64,000 bases of DNA from Selaginella moellendorffii (Eukaryota > Plantae > Lycopodiophyta). The notes under the pieces were generated by a model that saw only the letters and a list, made by a program, of their open reading frames with translations, was not told where the DNA came from and ran no database searches. Positions 50,670 through 62,322 of the stretch are shown piece after piece. The stretch spans positions 558,001-622,000 of the forward strand of contig NW_003314330.1 of the NCBI RefSeq assembly GCF_000143415.4, read 5' to 3'. The first letter of the stretch is position 1, and each line of letters starts with the position of its first letter. Both the position numbers and the translations under genes were made by a program.

Positions 50670-50880
50670 TAAGCTGGAATCAAACAATGATAGCCCAAGT
50701 TTAGATTAATATCAGCGTGAACCATGGCTCCATTTGTTTTCTTGCAATCCGCAGTGAGCACTGTTCCAGACATGGAAGGATTGGCATGAGTGGAGTAAAC
50801 TGTCTTTGAATCCTCATCATTTGTGAGGCAATTGTTTGGATCTGCAAACGTGCCATCCCGTGAATTGCACTGCTATGGAA
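50670..50880 (-). pseudogene. Second CVNH-like pseudogene
   Basis: QCNSRDGTFADPNNCLTNDED..SGTVLTADCKKTNGAMVHADINLNLG; no intact 5' part found. Confidence 0.68.
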
Positions 50881-51635
50881 TACGCAACTTTACCTCCAGA
50901 TAAAGTTCGAGATAATAGCCGCCATTGAAATATAAGCAAAGGTGTGCTGCTGCCGTGGTTTGCAAGGGTTTATTGGGTGAAGGCGGTGGAGGCACTCTGC
51001 CAAGTTCTTGTCTTTAGGCATTGTGTTGGATTGAATCGGTAGGCTCCCGGATACATAGAAAAGGTCAGCGGGTCATTTCAAAGACGCCCAGCTTCTTGTT
51101 TTTTTTTTTTTTTTCTTTCTTTTTTCCGAGATGGCAATGACACTCAGCTCGATTCAAGGAGCTGTTCGGCAGGCCTTTGCATGACTATATTTTGTGCGTT
51201 TGTGACTGGAGCGTCGCAGGACTTCATCCTCAAGATCGAGAACCTCTTGGAGCTGGACAAAGCAACATGGATAAGCTATGGGGGTTAATTAAGACTCCGA
51301 AGAACCTCTCAGCAACAGGTGATGATAGGGCAGATGATGGCTGCTCCATCAGCCCAAAGGCGTAAACCACCCAGTTCATTTGTGCTCGGATAGGAGTAAC
51401 TAGAGGAGCAAGAAGATGGCATATGTAAGACTATCCGTACAGGAGATTAGCATATGATCCATAAAGGTCGTTTTATAATATAGGTCAAAGTTAGGTCTTT
51501 CGTGGTTTACATTTACCCTTATTAACAAGATTTTCTCTTACGCGGAATCGAACCTGGACCAAGTCCCTCCTAGGGTGGAGGGAGCTGTGGGAGCTGCCAC
51601 AGGGGCAAGAGCAGGCGCAGGGCTGGGGCGCCGCG

Positions 51636-54600
51636 ATGGCGAATTCTCGCAGCGCTGCCCGGCGGCGGCGGGAGAGCGGCGCATTGGCGTGTATGATCTC
51701 CGCCGAGGTAGGCGCAGTGCTGGCCACAATGCGGCGCAACAGCCGCTGGGCCGGGAGGTATGAAGAGCAGCTGGATCACTCCCTGATCTATTCCCTCAAG
51801 CTCCTGAGGCGATCTATCTTCAGCTGGACGAAAAAGCCCTGGAATTCCATCAATCCCTGCCTCTACCTCGCGCCTTTCCTGGATGTGGTGAGATCGGACG
51901 AGACAGGCGCCCCAATCACTGGCACGGCTCTCAGCGCGGTCTACAAGATCCTCACCTCGGATGTGTTTGATCTCCGGACCAGCCATGTCGACGAGGCGAT
52001 GCATGCGATCGTCGAGTCCGTGACGAGCTGCCGGTTTGAGGTCACGGATCCGGCGTCCGAGGAGGCTGTGCTCATGAAGATCTTGCAAGTTCTTCTGGCT
52101 TGCATTGGCGGTGATATGGGGGCAGTGCTCGGGCACAGGGATGTTTGCAACGTTGTCAACACGACCTTTCGGGTGGTTCATCAGGCCGGGAACAAGAGTG
52201 AGCTCCTCCAGCGCGTGGCCAGGCACACCATGCACGAGCTCGTGAGAGCCATCTTTGGGCATCTCTCCAGCATGGATCCTCTCGCCGGGAACAATGGTTT
52301 GCTTGTTCCATGGAGCAACGTCGAGAACAATGTCGGTGTTGTAAGTTCCTCGTTCTCCTCTTTTTTTTCTTTGCTTGGTTTGTTTCGTTTGTTTCTTCCT
52401 CTTGTCCGCTGTGAATTCTTCTTTCTCTTTTTGCTGAATTTCTAAGACCGTCCCTTTCTTCTTTGCTCATTTCCAATTGCCTTTCAGGCGAGGTCTCTCT
52501 TTTTTACGTTCCTTGCGTGACTAAACATTCTGTTTCTTCCTTTTGGACAGGAAGCTGATATTGACGCGCCCGACTTAAGCATTGTCGGTGTAGACTACCT
52601 TGGAAACGGGAATGCCGAGCTAGCTACAGGCCTGCTGGTGAAAGTTAGCGAGGAAGGGAAGCTGAGAAACGGAGAAGAGGAGCAGAGGACAATAGAGCCA
52701 TACGGAGTTCCATGCATGGTGGAGATATTTCACTTCCTGTGTTCTCTCTTGAACATGGTCGGGCCGTATGGTCTCGGCGAAAGTCTTGGTGGCACCGACG
52801 AGGATGTTCCACAGTTTGCTCTCGCGCTTATCAACTCGGCCATCGAGTTTGGTGGTCCGTCGTTTGGAAAGCACCAGAGGCTAATAAGTTTGGTTCGAGA
52901 CGAGCTCTTCCGGAACCTCATGCAAATGGGACTGTCGAGCAATCCCATCATCCTCTCGATGGTCTGCAGCATTGTGCTCAACCTCTACCACCACCTTCGC
53001 AGCTACATCAAGCTCCAGCTCGAGGCGTTTTTCAGCTTTATCATCATGCGGCTGGCACAGGGAAAGTTTGGGGCCTCGTACCAGCAGCAGGAGGTGGCTA
53101 TGGAGACACTGGTTGATTTCTGCCGCCAGCCAAACTTCATGCCCGAGATGTATGCGAACTTCGACTGCGACATTACGTGCAGCAATACTTTCGAAGAGCT
53201 CGCAAACTTGCTCTCCAAGAGTGCTTTTCCCGTCAACTGTCCGCTGTCGGCAATGCACGTTTTGGCCTTGGAGGGACTTTTGGCCATCATACACAGCATG
53301 GCGGACAGGGTAGACTCGGTTCCAGGTTCTCCACTGGAGCCCCCGACGTTCCTCGAGATACAGGCGTACGTTCCATTCTGGAACATGCGTTGCGACGATT
53401 ACAAAGAACCAAGCTCCTGGGTGGAATTCGTTCGGAAGCAGAAGTATATCAAGAGAAGGCTGATGATAGGAGCTGATCACTTCAACAGGGATCCGAAGAA
53501 GGGGCTGGAGTTTCTGCAAGGAATCCACTTGCTTCCCGAGAAACTGGACCCCCAGAGCGTAGCAAGCTTTTTCAGGTACACGACTGGGCTTGACAAAAAC
53601 CTGCTGGGGGATTTCTTGGGTGACAGAGACGACTTTTGTCTTCAAGTTCTAGCGGAATTCACTCGGACGTTCGACTTTAGCAGCACCAGTCTAGATGCGG
53701 CACTTCGGACTTTCTTGGAGAGCTTCCGGCTACCTGGGGAAGCGCAGAAAATCGAGAGGGTCATGGATGCATTCTCTCAGAGGTACTGCGAGCAGTGCGT
53801 CAATGTTTTTGCGAACAAGGACGCTGCTTTCGTGCTCGCATACTCGGTGATAATGCTCAACACAGACCAGCACAAGCCCCAAGTAAAGAAGAAGATGAGC
53901 GAAGACGACTTTATCAGAAACCTCCGTGCTGCAAACGGTGGAGTGGATTTTCCTCGGGAGATGCTGAGCGAACTCTATCAGTCAGTGGCGAAGAACGAGA
54001 TCCGAATTTCATATGATCTCGGGGCGGGCATTCCCGAAATGACACACAGCAGATGGCTCGACTTGATACGAAGGTCCAGGAAGACAAGTCCTTACATCGT
54101 CTGCGACTCCCGGCCTTTCCTAGATCACGACATGTTTGCGATCATGTCGGGTCCGACGATAGCCGCAATCTCAGTCGTCTTCGATCACGCGGAGGACGAG
54201 GAAGTTTTGCGAGGATGCCTGGATGGATTCCTCGCTGTCGCAAAGATATCCGCCAGCCACCACCTTGAGGACATCCTCGACGATCTCGTGGTTTCGCTGT
54301 GCAAGTTTACCACGCTCTTGAACCCGACTGCCTCGATGGAAGAACCAGTCCTGGCTTTCGGGGAGGATAGCAAGGCAAGGATGGCTGCAGTGACAGTGTT
54401 TACTATTGCCAACAAGTACGGCGACTTCATCCGTAATGGCTGGCGAAACATACTCGACTGCATACTCCGACTTCACAAGCTCGGGTTGCTTCCTTCTCGT
54501 GTCACGAGCGATGCAGCGGATGATACAGACGCGGCGAGTGAGTCTCAGGGGAAGATGATAGCCGGCGGACTTTCAGTGCCGCCTCTAGTCTCGGCTGGAG

Positions 54601-56156
54601 TTCGACGACGTTCTTCCGGACTGATGAGTAGATTCAGCCAGCTCCTGTCTCTGGAGGCCGACGAACCGAGGTCTCAACCGTCGGAGCAGCAGGTTGCAGC
54701 TCACCAGAGAATTCTCCAGACGATCGAGGCATGCCACATTGACAACATCTTCTCCGAGAGCAAGTTCCTGCAAGCCGAGTCGCTCTTGCACCTCGCGAAG
54801 GCGCTCATCTGGGCAGCAGGAAGGCCACAGAAAGGTACTAGCTCTCCCGAGGACGAGGACACCGCCGTATTCTGCCTCGAGCTTCTCATCGCGATCACCT
54901 TGAACAACCGGGACCGTATACTCCTCCTCTGGCAAGGTGTTTACGAACACATGGCTGGGATCGTCCAGACGACAGTCGTTCCATGCCTTCTCGTGGAAAA
55001 GGCGGTGTTTGGCCTGCTGAGGATCTGCCAAAGGCTGCTGCCTTACAAGGAGAACCTGGCGGAAGAACTCCTGCGGTCACTGCAGCTGATACTGAAGCTG
55101 GACGCGAGAGTAGCCGACGCTTTCTGCGAGCGCATCACGCAAGAGGTCATGCAGCTCGTGAGAGCAAACGCTGGACACATCAAGTCTCCCATGGGGTGGC
55201 GGACGATATCGTCGCTCCTGTCGATCACAGCTCGCCACCCAGATGCTTCGGAGTCCGGTTTCGAGGCACTGTACTTCATCATGCACGACGGTGCGCACTT
55301 AACTCCGGCAAACTACGTTCTTTGCCTCGATGCTGCTCGAGCTTTCGCTGAGACTCGCGTCGGCGGCGTCGAGAGATCCCTGAAGGCTCTGGACCTGCTG
55401 TCTGAATCAGTGAACTCGCTCATCAAGTGGTCTCAAGTGGCGACTGGGGAATCGGACGAGAACAAGGAAGACAGCGTGAGAGCCTCGCAGGAACTGGCGG
55501 AGATGTGGATCCGGCTGGCTCAGGGGCTGCGAAGAGTTTGCGGGGAGCAGCGGGAGGAAGTGAGGAACTGTGCCATCCTTTCGCTGCAGAGATGCCTGAC
55601 AGCGGCGGAGAGCTTGCACTTGCCAGCCATGGTTTGGATCCAGTGCTTCGACCAGGTGATCTTCGTGATGCTGGACGACCTCCTGGACATCGCTCTTAGG
55701 AACTCTCCGAAGGAGTACAGGGGGATGGAAGGCACGCTCCACCACGCCATGAAGTTTTTGTCCAAGATCTTTCTCCAGTTTCTGGATCAGCTCGCGCTGC
55801 TACCAAACTTCCGGGCCTTGTGGCTGGCGGTGCTGAGCCGGATGGAGATGTACATGAAGGCCCGGCTGCGAGGCAAAGGCAGCGACAAGCTCCAGGAGCT
55901 CGTCCCGGAGCTGCTGAGAAACATACTGCTGATAATGCACGCTCGCGGTGTGCTGGTCCAAGGCAGTACGTTGGGAGGAGACAGCTTGTGGGAGCTCACT
56001 TGGCATCACGTCCAGACGATATCTCCGGCGCTCCAGCCAGATATCTTCCCGGATGAGAAAGCTTCTTCCACACCATCACCAGCACCAGTGACACCAGCGG
56101 TCTCGCAGGCAGTGGATGATCCAGCAGAGCAGCAACCAGCGGAGCAAGTCGAGTAA
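51636..56156 (+). CDS. GNOM: ARF guanine-nucleotide exchange factor GNOM (GBF1 class), exons 51636-52340 and 52551-56156
   Basis: DCB (MRRNSRW, APFLDVVRSDETGAPIT, CRFEVTDPASEE), HUS (YANFDCD), Sec7 (FRLPGEAQKI, YSVIMLNTD) and HDS domains; intron in phase 0. Confidence 0.97.
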
Positions 56157-56612
56157 ACAAAGAGGTACACTCGATGTTTTTTTTTTCTACTTTGAGGGAG
56201 ATAGATCTTCTTTTGACTTTGTTGGTGAGTTTGCAGTGAAGCGGGGAGTTTGTAGAGAAAACGGCGCGAAGTGTTGTACGGAATTCGCTTGCGCGGCAAA
56301 CTGGTCAGTGATATTTGCTCTTTGTTTTAGAGTCCTGGACTGATCTGTAAATCTTCCAGCTACGCACATCCAAACTTCATATAGAAAATCCAGCCTCGGC
56401 TTTAAACTTTTTCGTGTTTGACTGTTTGTATAGTATCAAACAAAGCAAACAATTCTACTTCTGAAAAAATGCAGCTTTGAGATCCAAAATATTGGCTAAT
56501 CGCATTATTGCCATTAAAAATAAAATCTAAGAATACAACAAGGCTAAAAATTGTAATTTTGGATTTGCTCCATAGCTTAAAAAGACTCATTTAGTTGAAA
56601 ATCTTAGGTGAG

Positions 56613-56958
56613 ATGGCTTTTAAAATGTTTGCCATGTTTATGCTTGTGCTTCAAGTACTTCTACTCTTCAGTGCGTTGCAAGTGAGCTGCAGCCGGGTAT
56701 TGCCGAATGAAGATACAGCAGGTAATAATTTAATTGTCACAGCTTATGGTTTTTAATGCTCCACCACCTTTTATTCCAGGTGCTCCATTCCATCTGCCTC
56801 CTTTCGTTCCAAGACCTCCATTCCAGCTGCCGCCTTTCAATCCAAGACCCTTGCCACCTTTCAATCCAAGACCACCATTCCACTTGCCACCTTTCAATCC
56901 AAGGCCCCTTCCACCTTTCTTCCGTCCGCCACCTTTCTCTCCACCTCAAAAGGATTAA
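56613..56958 (+). CDS. Secreted Pro/Phe/Arg-rich repetitive peptide precursor (LPPFNPRP repeats), exons 56613-56721 and 56780-56958
   Basis: Signal peptide MAFKMFAMFMLVLQVLLLFSALQVSCSR is homologous to copy A; a 58-nt GT-AG intron restores the frame into GAPFHLPPFVPRPPFQLPPFNPRPLPPFNPRPPFHLPPFNPRPLPPFFRPPPF. Confidence 0.7.
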
Positions 56959-57157
56959 AAGGATTAAATTTATCATCGAGTTCTATGTTGGGAGTTTGCT
57001 ACAAGCTCTTTTAATTTGATCAAAGCTTTTTGCCTTGTTTCTATGTCGTAGGTAATTACTTAGAAAAAGTCTCGAGTTCGATTCTGGTGTAGCCAACTAT
57101 ATTTTAAAACTAGTGTGTTGGAAATTACACACGTCTAGCTAGGGTTAAAGACCAAGA

Positions 57158-59077
57158 ATGGAGTGCTCTGAGAGCTATGGAATGCTGCCGTGTTCCACGC
57201 GAGTGGTCGGCAATGTCTACCTCTTGGCGACGTATGGATTCGTCATGCTCAAGGCGGCGCAGCTCTTGTCCGATGGGAGCGAGCTGCTGCTCACGGTGCT
57301 CAACCCGGGGATCATCGGCGGCCTGCTGCTCCCGATTCTTGGATCCCTACCGGATGCGCTCCTCATTCTCGGTGAGTTCTCGCGGATTCTCTGGATTAGA
57401 TCTTCTGCTGTCCGGGAGCTCATTCGATTTGCGTCTTTGCAGTGTCGGGACTGGGAGGGAATCAAGAGACCGCGCAGTCGCAGGTTTCAGTTGGAATGGG
57501 ATTGCTTGCCGGATCGACGATAATGCTGCTGACGCTCTTGTGGGGAAGCTGTCTCTTTGTTGGCCGCTGTGACTTATACCCCGTTAATGCCGATTTGGTC
57601 GCCAAGGACGGCACGCTCACAAGAGGTTTCAGCTTGACTGGTATGAATTTTTATCTGGGTTTGAAACGGCTGACCAAAAATGTGGTTTCGATTCGATTCT
57701 TCTTCTTGTTTTTTGTTCTTGTTTTCTTCCTAGGAACTGGAATCACAACTGATTCGCAGACCACTGTTTCGGCGTGGATAATGATCGCCACTGTTTTTCC
57801 TTACGTTCTGGCGCAGCTCCCGCATTTGCTACACCGGCCGTCGTATGGACATCCGTTTGCGGTGGTGAGCTGCGTGATCTCGTTCTGTGCCCTCTTCATC
57901 TACTGCGGCTACCAGGTTTGTTTGATCTTTTTGTCCCGAAGCCTGATACTCAGTGACATGGTTGACTCTCAGGTTGTGTCGCCATGGATTCAACAGAGGA
58001 GGATTTACTTCGCAAGGCATCGATACCGCCAGTCGCATGCTCTGCACAGAGTTCACGTCTACTCTACTCAGCAAGCTTGGGGAGGTCTGTTTCTCGAGGA
58101 TGGGGTCACTCCAAACAAAGATGTTCTTCTCAAGTAAGGAAATTTTCCACAGTTTTTTACTGAAAAGCCCCGATGTGTTTGCAGAATTTTTGGATACTTC
58201 GATGAAAATGATGATGGTCATCTCTCGGAGAGGGAGCTGAGGGGTTTTATCGTAGGCCTGGGTATAACGCACGAGACGCATCTTCCCGAGGAGGAAGAGG
58301 TCCAAAGCTGGCTCAGAGAGTTCGACACCTCCAGGGATGATAAGGTGTCGCGGGAAGAGTTCGTTGCCGCCATCACCAAGTGGATGAGAAGCTTTCGTGC
58401 CAAGGATTCCCATAGAGACAATCCCGAGTACTGGCACTCACAGGCCAAGGACGCTCGCTCATCTCTGGATGCTTTGCTAGAGCAGCAGCCAGATGACGAC
58501 CAAGACGATGACGAGCAGGATAAGCAGGCTCCAAAGCAGGTGATCTTGAAAGCATCGGCATTCATCCTCGCTGGGGCAGTCATCGCCGGAGTGTTCGCGG
58601 ACCCTTTGGTCGACGCGATTGACAACTTCTCCAAAGCAAGCAAGATTCCATCCTTCTTCGTCGCTTTCGTAGCAACTCCACTGGCGACCAACTCGAGCGA
58701 AGCGGTGTCATCTCTTATGTTCGCTGCGAGGAAGAAGAAGCGGAACATCTCCATGACTTACTCGCAGGTATGCAAAACTTCGTAAGCTTTTTGTTTCCCG
58801 AGGCTCACGACTTTTATCATACGCACAGATATACGGTGCTGTTACACTCAACAACACGCTCTGCCTCGGAGTTTTCCTGGCCATTGTCTGTGCCAGACGA
58901 CTTGTATGGGACTTCTCCTCGGAGGTAACTGTGATAGCAGTAGTCACCTTTCTGGTGGGACTGCTCGGGGGAAGGAGGACTACGTTTCGGCTGTACATGG
59001 CATTGGCTGTACTCTCGTTGTATCCGCTATCCATTGCTTTGGTAGCGGGTCTGGACTACGGGCTTGGATGGCACTGA
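57158..59077 (+). CDS. NCL: Na+/Ca2+ exchanger-like protein with EF hands (NCL/EFCAX), multi-exon
   Basis: CSESYGMLPCS, GGLLLPILGSLPDA, VGMGLLAGST, EF hands DENDDGHLSEGEL and DTSRDDKVSREEF, PLATNSSEAVS, IYGAVTLNN, WDFSSEV, LGWH*. Confidence 0.92.
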
Positions 59078-59714
59078 GGCCAACTGATGGATTCTCCAGT
59101 CCGGGTACAGTGCTTTTGTTGTTTTCAACACGCTAATCAATCAATCGCGCTCTTTCTCGTGCCGAGCAACAACGAGGGTCATGTGAAAGGATAGGAATTT
59201 GTAAGTAAAGCAGGCAACAGGGACAGGGTTGACTTGTTGGATTCTGGAGACGACGTGTTGCACGACGACCGCGATCTTTTGCTGGAGAACAAGTGGCTTT
59301 CAGTGTACGTTTTATGTTTTTATTGAGAACTTCTCAGCTGCTGAAGTCCGTCAAGATATCTGGGTACGTCCGGTTTGATTTTTCCAGGGGCTGCGCCAAA
59401 AGTTGGGACAAGCAAGCAACTTTTGTTTGATGGGAGTTAACTGTGAGTGGACTTTCACATTGTAAAGTGACTCTTGCTTCATTGCCCAAAATGTCATTGC
59501 GCACTGATTTTTCTGTTTGTCACAACATATTAATATCAGTAATTGGTTTGGCTATCTTCATAGTTTCTTGCCTGCATAGTTTCTTGCGTATCGCCGATAG
59601 TAGTCATCAAAGGCATCTGATACATTTGCTTGTATCAAAACCAGTGAGATCAAGCAACTTTTATTTGATTGTGGTAGTGAACTCTTTTTGATAGAAAAAA
59701 AAACGAAAAAACAC

Positions 59715-59788
59715 TGGCTTCATCCAGGTTCGAACTGGAGACCTTCAGTGTGTTAGACTGACGTGATGACCAACTACACCATGAAACC
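59715..59788 (-). tRNA. tRNA-Val(AAC)
   Basis: Reverse complement GGTTTCATGGTGTAGTTGGTCATCACGTCAGTCTAACACACTGAAGGTCTCCAGTTCGAACCTGGATGAAGCCA folds as a cloverleaf with anticodon AAC; oligo-T Pol III terminator downstream. Confidence 0.95.
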
Positions 59789-60120
59789 CTTACAAGGTTT
59801 GTCTGGAGTTACTAATTAACTACGCTGAACTCTTAATAAACTGAAGTTCTCGGGTTCGAATCTCTGTAGAACATTGAGAATCTTTAAAGCGACCTTATAA
59901 TGGAAAATTTTCTCCTTCCCCTTTCATTCAATCATGAGGAAAGCGCACTGCCATCCCTTCTTGGAGTAGACGTCTTAGGGTTTTCTGGATCGTCGCTGTG
60001 GAGATCGGTCAGGGGATGTAGGCGATCGTCGTCGCGAGCGCGCAGCAGCTCAGATGTGCTGCGATTGCTCTAGATCTCCTGAAATTCTGGTTTGGATCAG
60101 GGTACGGTGAAAGCCTAGCA

Positions 60121-62223
60121 ATGGGAGGCTGTGTGTCGCTGCAAAAGGAAAAGGATCATCCTCGCGGGAGGAAGCGCGATCGGAGGCAGGGATTTCGGAC
60201 GCGATTCAAGGGCCTCCCTTTGGAGGAAGAAGCGATTGATGGGAATTTGAATGGAGATCATGGGCAGTCCGGGAGAAGGACTCTGGGATTCATACTCAAC
60301 GAGAAAGAGCCTTCTCATCAACATCAAAAGTCGCTTGGTACGTTTTTCCTTTTTGTCGTCCATTCAATCGACCGACCATTTTAGGAAGCACCGAGGAGAA
60401 TTGGTATGACGCGGAAGCAAGATTTACCTCGGATTCGGATGACGAATTCATGAGCGTGTGTGGGGGTAAGTCATAAAGGTCGATTTTTTTCCTTCGTTTG
60501 TGTGTCCCACTTTTCCAACTCGTGAGTCGTGACATTGTTTAGATTTTTCGTCCGCGGCGAATTCCTTGAATCCCCCTAGTGTGCCGACAACGCCTCGTCC
60601 AACACTCGCCAATTTAAAGGAGGAGATGTTGAGAGTCGACACAGTAGTGTCTCCGAAAACCGCCAATGGTTTCGCCGTAGCCGACGAGCATCTTCTCAGC
60701 AGTAAAATCCATCCGGAAGAGGACAAGAAGAGCTCTGTGTCCCTCGGAAGGAGGTTGATCGATGCCACTCCCAGGAATTCCAGCGTCAGTGTTGCTCCGG
60801 TCAGTGATGCTTCCACTGATTTCGAGATGGGAAAGCACGCAAGCCAGCACCAGCAGCAGGCAAAGGAATTCGACGGCTGCTTGCCATGCCTGCTAACAAG
60901 CGTCTCGTTCGAGAAGAAGAGTCCTCAGCGGCGACGATCGTTTCGACTGTTCTCGTTCAAGAGACGCTCGGATGTTAACGACAGTTTCGAGCTGCGTAAG
61001 TGTTTTGTATCTCCAACGTTTTCGTGTGACTTATGCTTGCGATCTGGTAAGTGCAGATGATATGTCCAAAGTTCTTCACAGGCCCATTGCAGCTACTCAA
61101 GTTCCTATGTCGGACGGCTCGGTCGAAGGCAGCTGGTCTAGAATATGTCCGTCGACCTTCAAACTAAGATCCCGTAACTACATGAAGTGTGTTGTTTCTC
61201 GTTTTGATGTTGGCATTGCTTGCTAACTAGTTTTTCCTCACAGGGATAAGAAAAAGCAAGCTGCGTCCAAGTTTTCAATCTTCGAGGCTGCTGGTGTGGA
61301 TGTTTTCCTGTCGCCAAAGAAAATCGATCATGTCGCTCGGTTTGTGGATCTATCGCAGATTGTAGACGGAAATCCAGACGACAAGTCCCCCTCTTTGTTT
61401 ATTTTCAACATTCAGGTTTGTATCTATCTTCCTTTTCTATGGGTTTGATGACGTTTACTTTAGGTGCCTATGTACTCTGCCTCAATGTTTCCAGCTGAAA
61501 ACAATGGGGAAGGTTTGAACCTGGTTTTCTATTACAGAATGTCGGAAGAGTTCAAGAGGAACGGCCCTCCGTATCTAAAAGACATGCTATCTGTGAGTCT
61601 CTTGTTTTATAATCGCGTGTGAAGAATTCATTGTTTTGTTCCAGAAATTACTCGACGACGAACAGGAGAAGGTCAGAGGCCTTGTTGGAGAGACAACTGT
61701 TTCGTTCAGGGAGAGGCTAAAGATTGTGGCCAGAGTTTTGAATCCTGATGAGATACATCTCAGTGCTACGGAGAAGAGGCTGGTCGTGACTTCAAATGAG
61801 AAGCCCATTCTTTCTCGTCCACAGCACTCGTTTCACAAGGTCCGTTTTAGTTTTTTTAGCTAGATCGCATTGTTCTCATGGATGAATTCCATGATCCAGG
61901 GTCCCGGCTACCTCGAAGTGGATTTGGACGTTCATCGCTTTAACTTCATTGCACGAAAGGCAGTGGAATCTTTCCGAGAGAGGCTGAAGCTGTGTGTTTT
62001 AGACATTGGCCTTACAATCCAGGTGAGTGGTAGTAGTCATTCACAAGTTTTCTTCCTTCGTCGTGACTGTTCTTTGTTTTCTTCCTTCCAGGGAAACAAA
62101 GCGGAAGAGCTGCCAGAGCAAATGCTCTGTTGTGCTCGAATAAATAGATTAAACGTTGGTAGCTACAAGTATTTGAGCTGTGAAGACGACGCTGCTGGAA
62201 CGCCTCGAAGCACACGGGGTTAA
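60121..62223 (+). CDS. DUF1336 / EDR2 C-terminal domain protein with N-terminal MGxC acylation motif, multi-exon
   Basis: MGGCVS, EENWYDA..SDSDDEFMSV, WSRICPSTFKLRSRNY, FIFNIQVPMY, FRERLKIV, NEKPILSRPQH, YLEVDLDVHRF, GNKAEELPEQMLC. Confidence 0.88.
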
Positions 62224-62322
62224 TTAAGAGTTTGCGATGTAAATAATTTGCTCTGAATTAAAATTTCGTGAGGGGATTCGAACCGCGACGTTTCCAGTCA
62301 CTCTTTATTTTTAGGGCTCTTA

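Larger units (their letters stand above)
46069..52479. repeat. Second copy of tandem segmental duplication (first copy 16710-46060)
   Basis: 46069-47687 ~ 16710-18307; 49537-49880 ~ 18389-18750; 49990-50470 ~ 20130-20595; 50472-50760 ~ 42100-42362 + 44712-44748; 51207-52479 ~ 44749-46060. Confidence 0.92.

Noticed and set aside
52620-56300. Numerous antisense and alternate-frame ORFs over GNOM, the RLK, EPC1 and NCL
   Set aside because: Shadow ORFs of GC-rich coding sequence with no recognisable motifs.
59800-59875. Second tRNA next to tRNA-Val (GGTTCGAATC box B); similar motifs at ~36600-36640 and ~62270-62290
   Set aside because: T-arm-like motif only; I could not fold a convincing acceptor or D stem.
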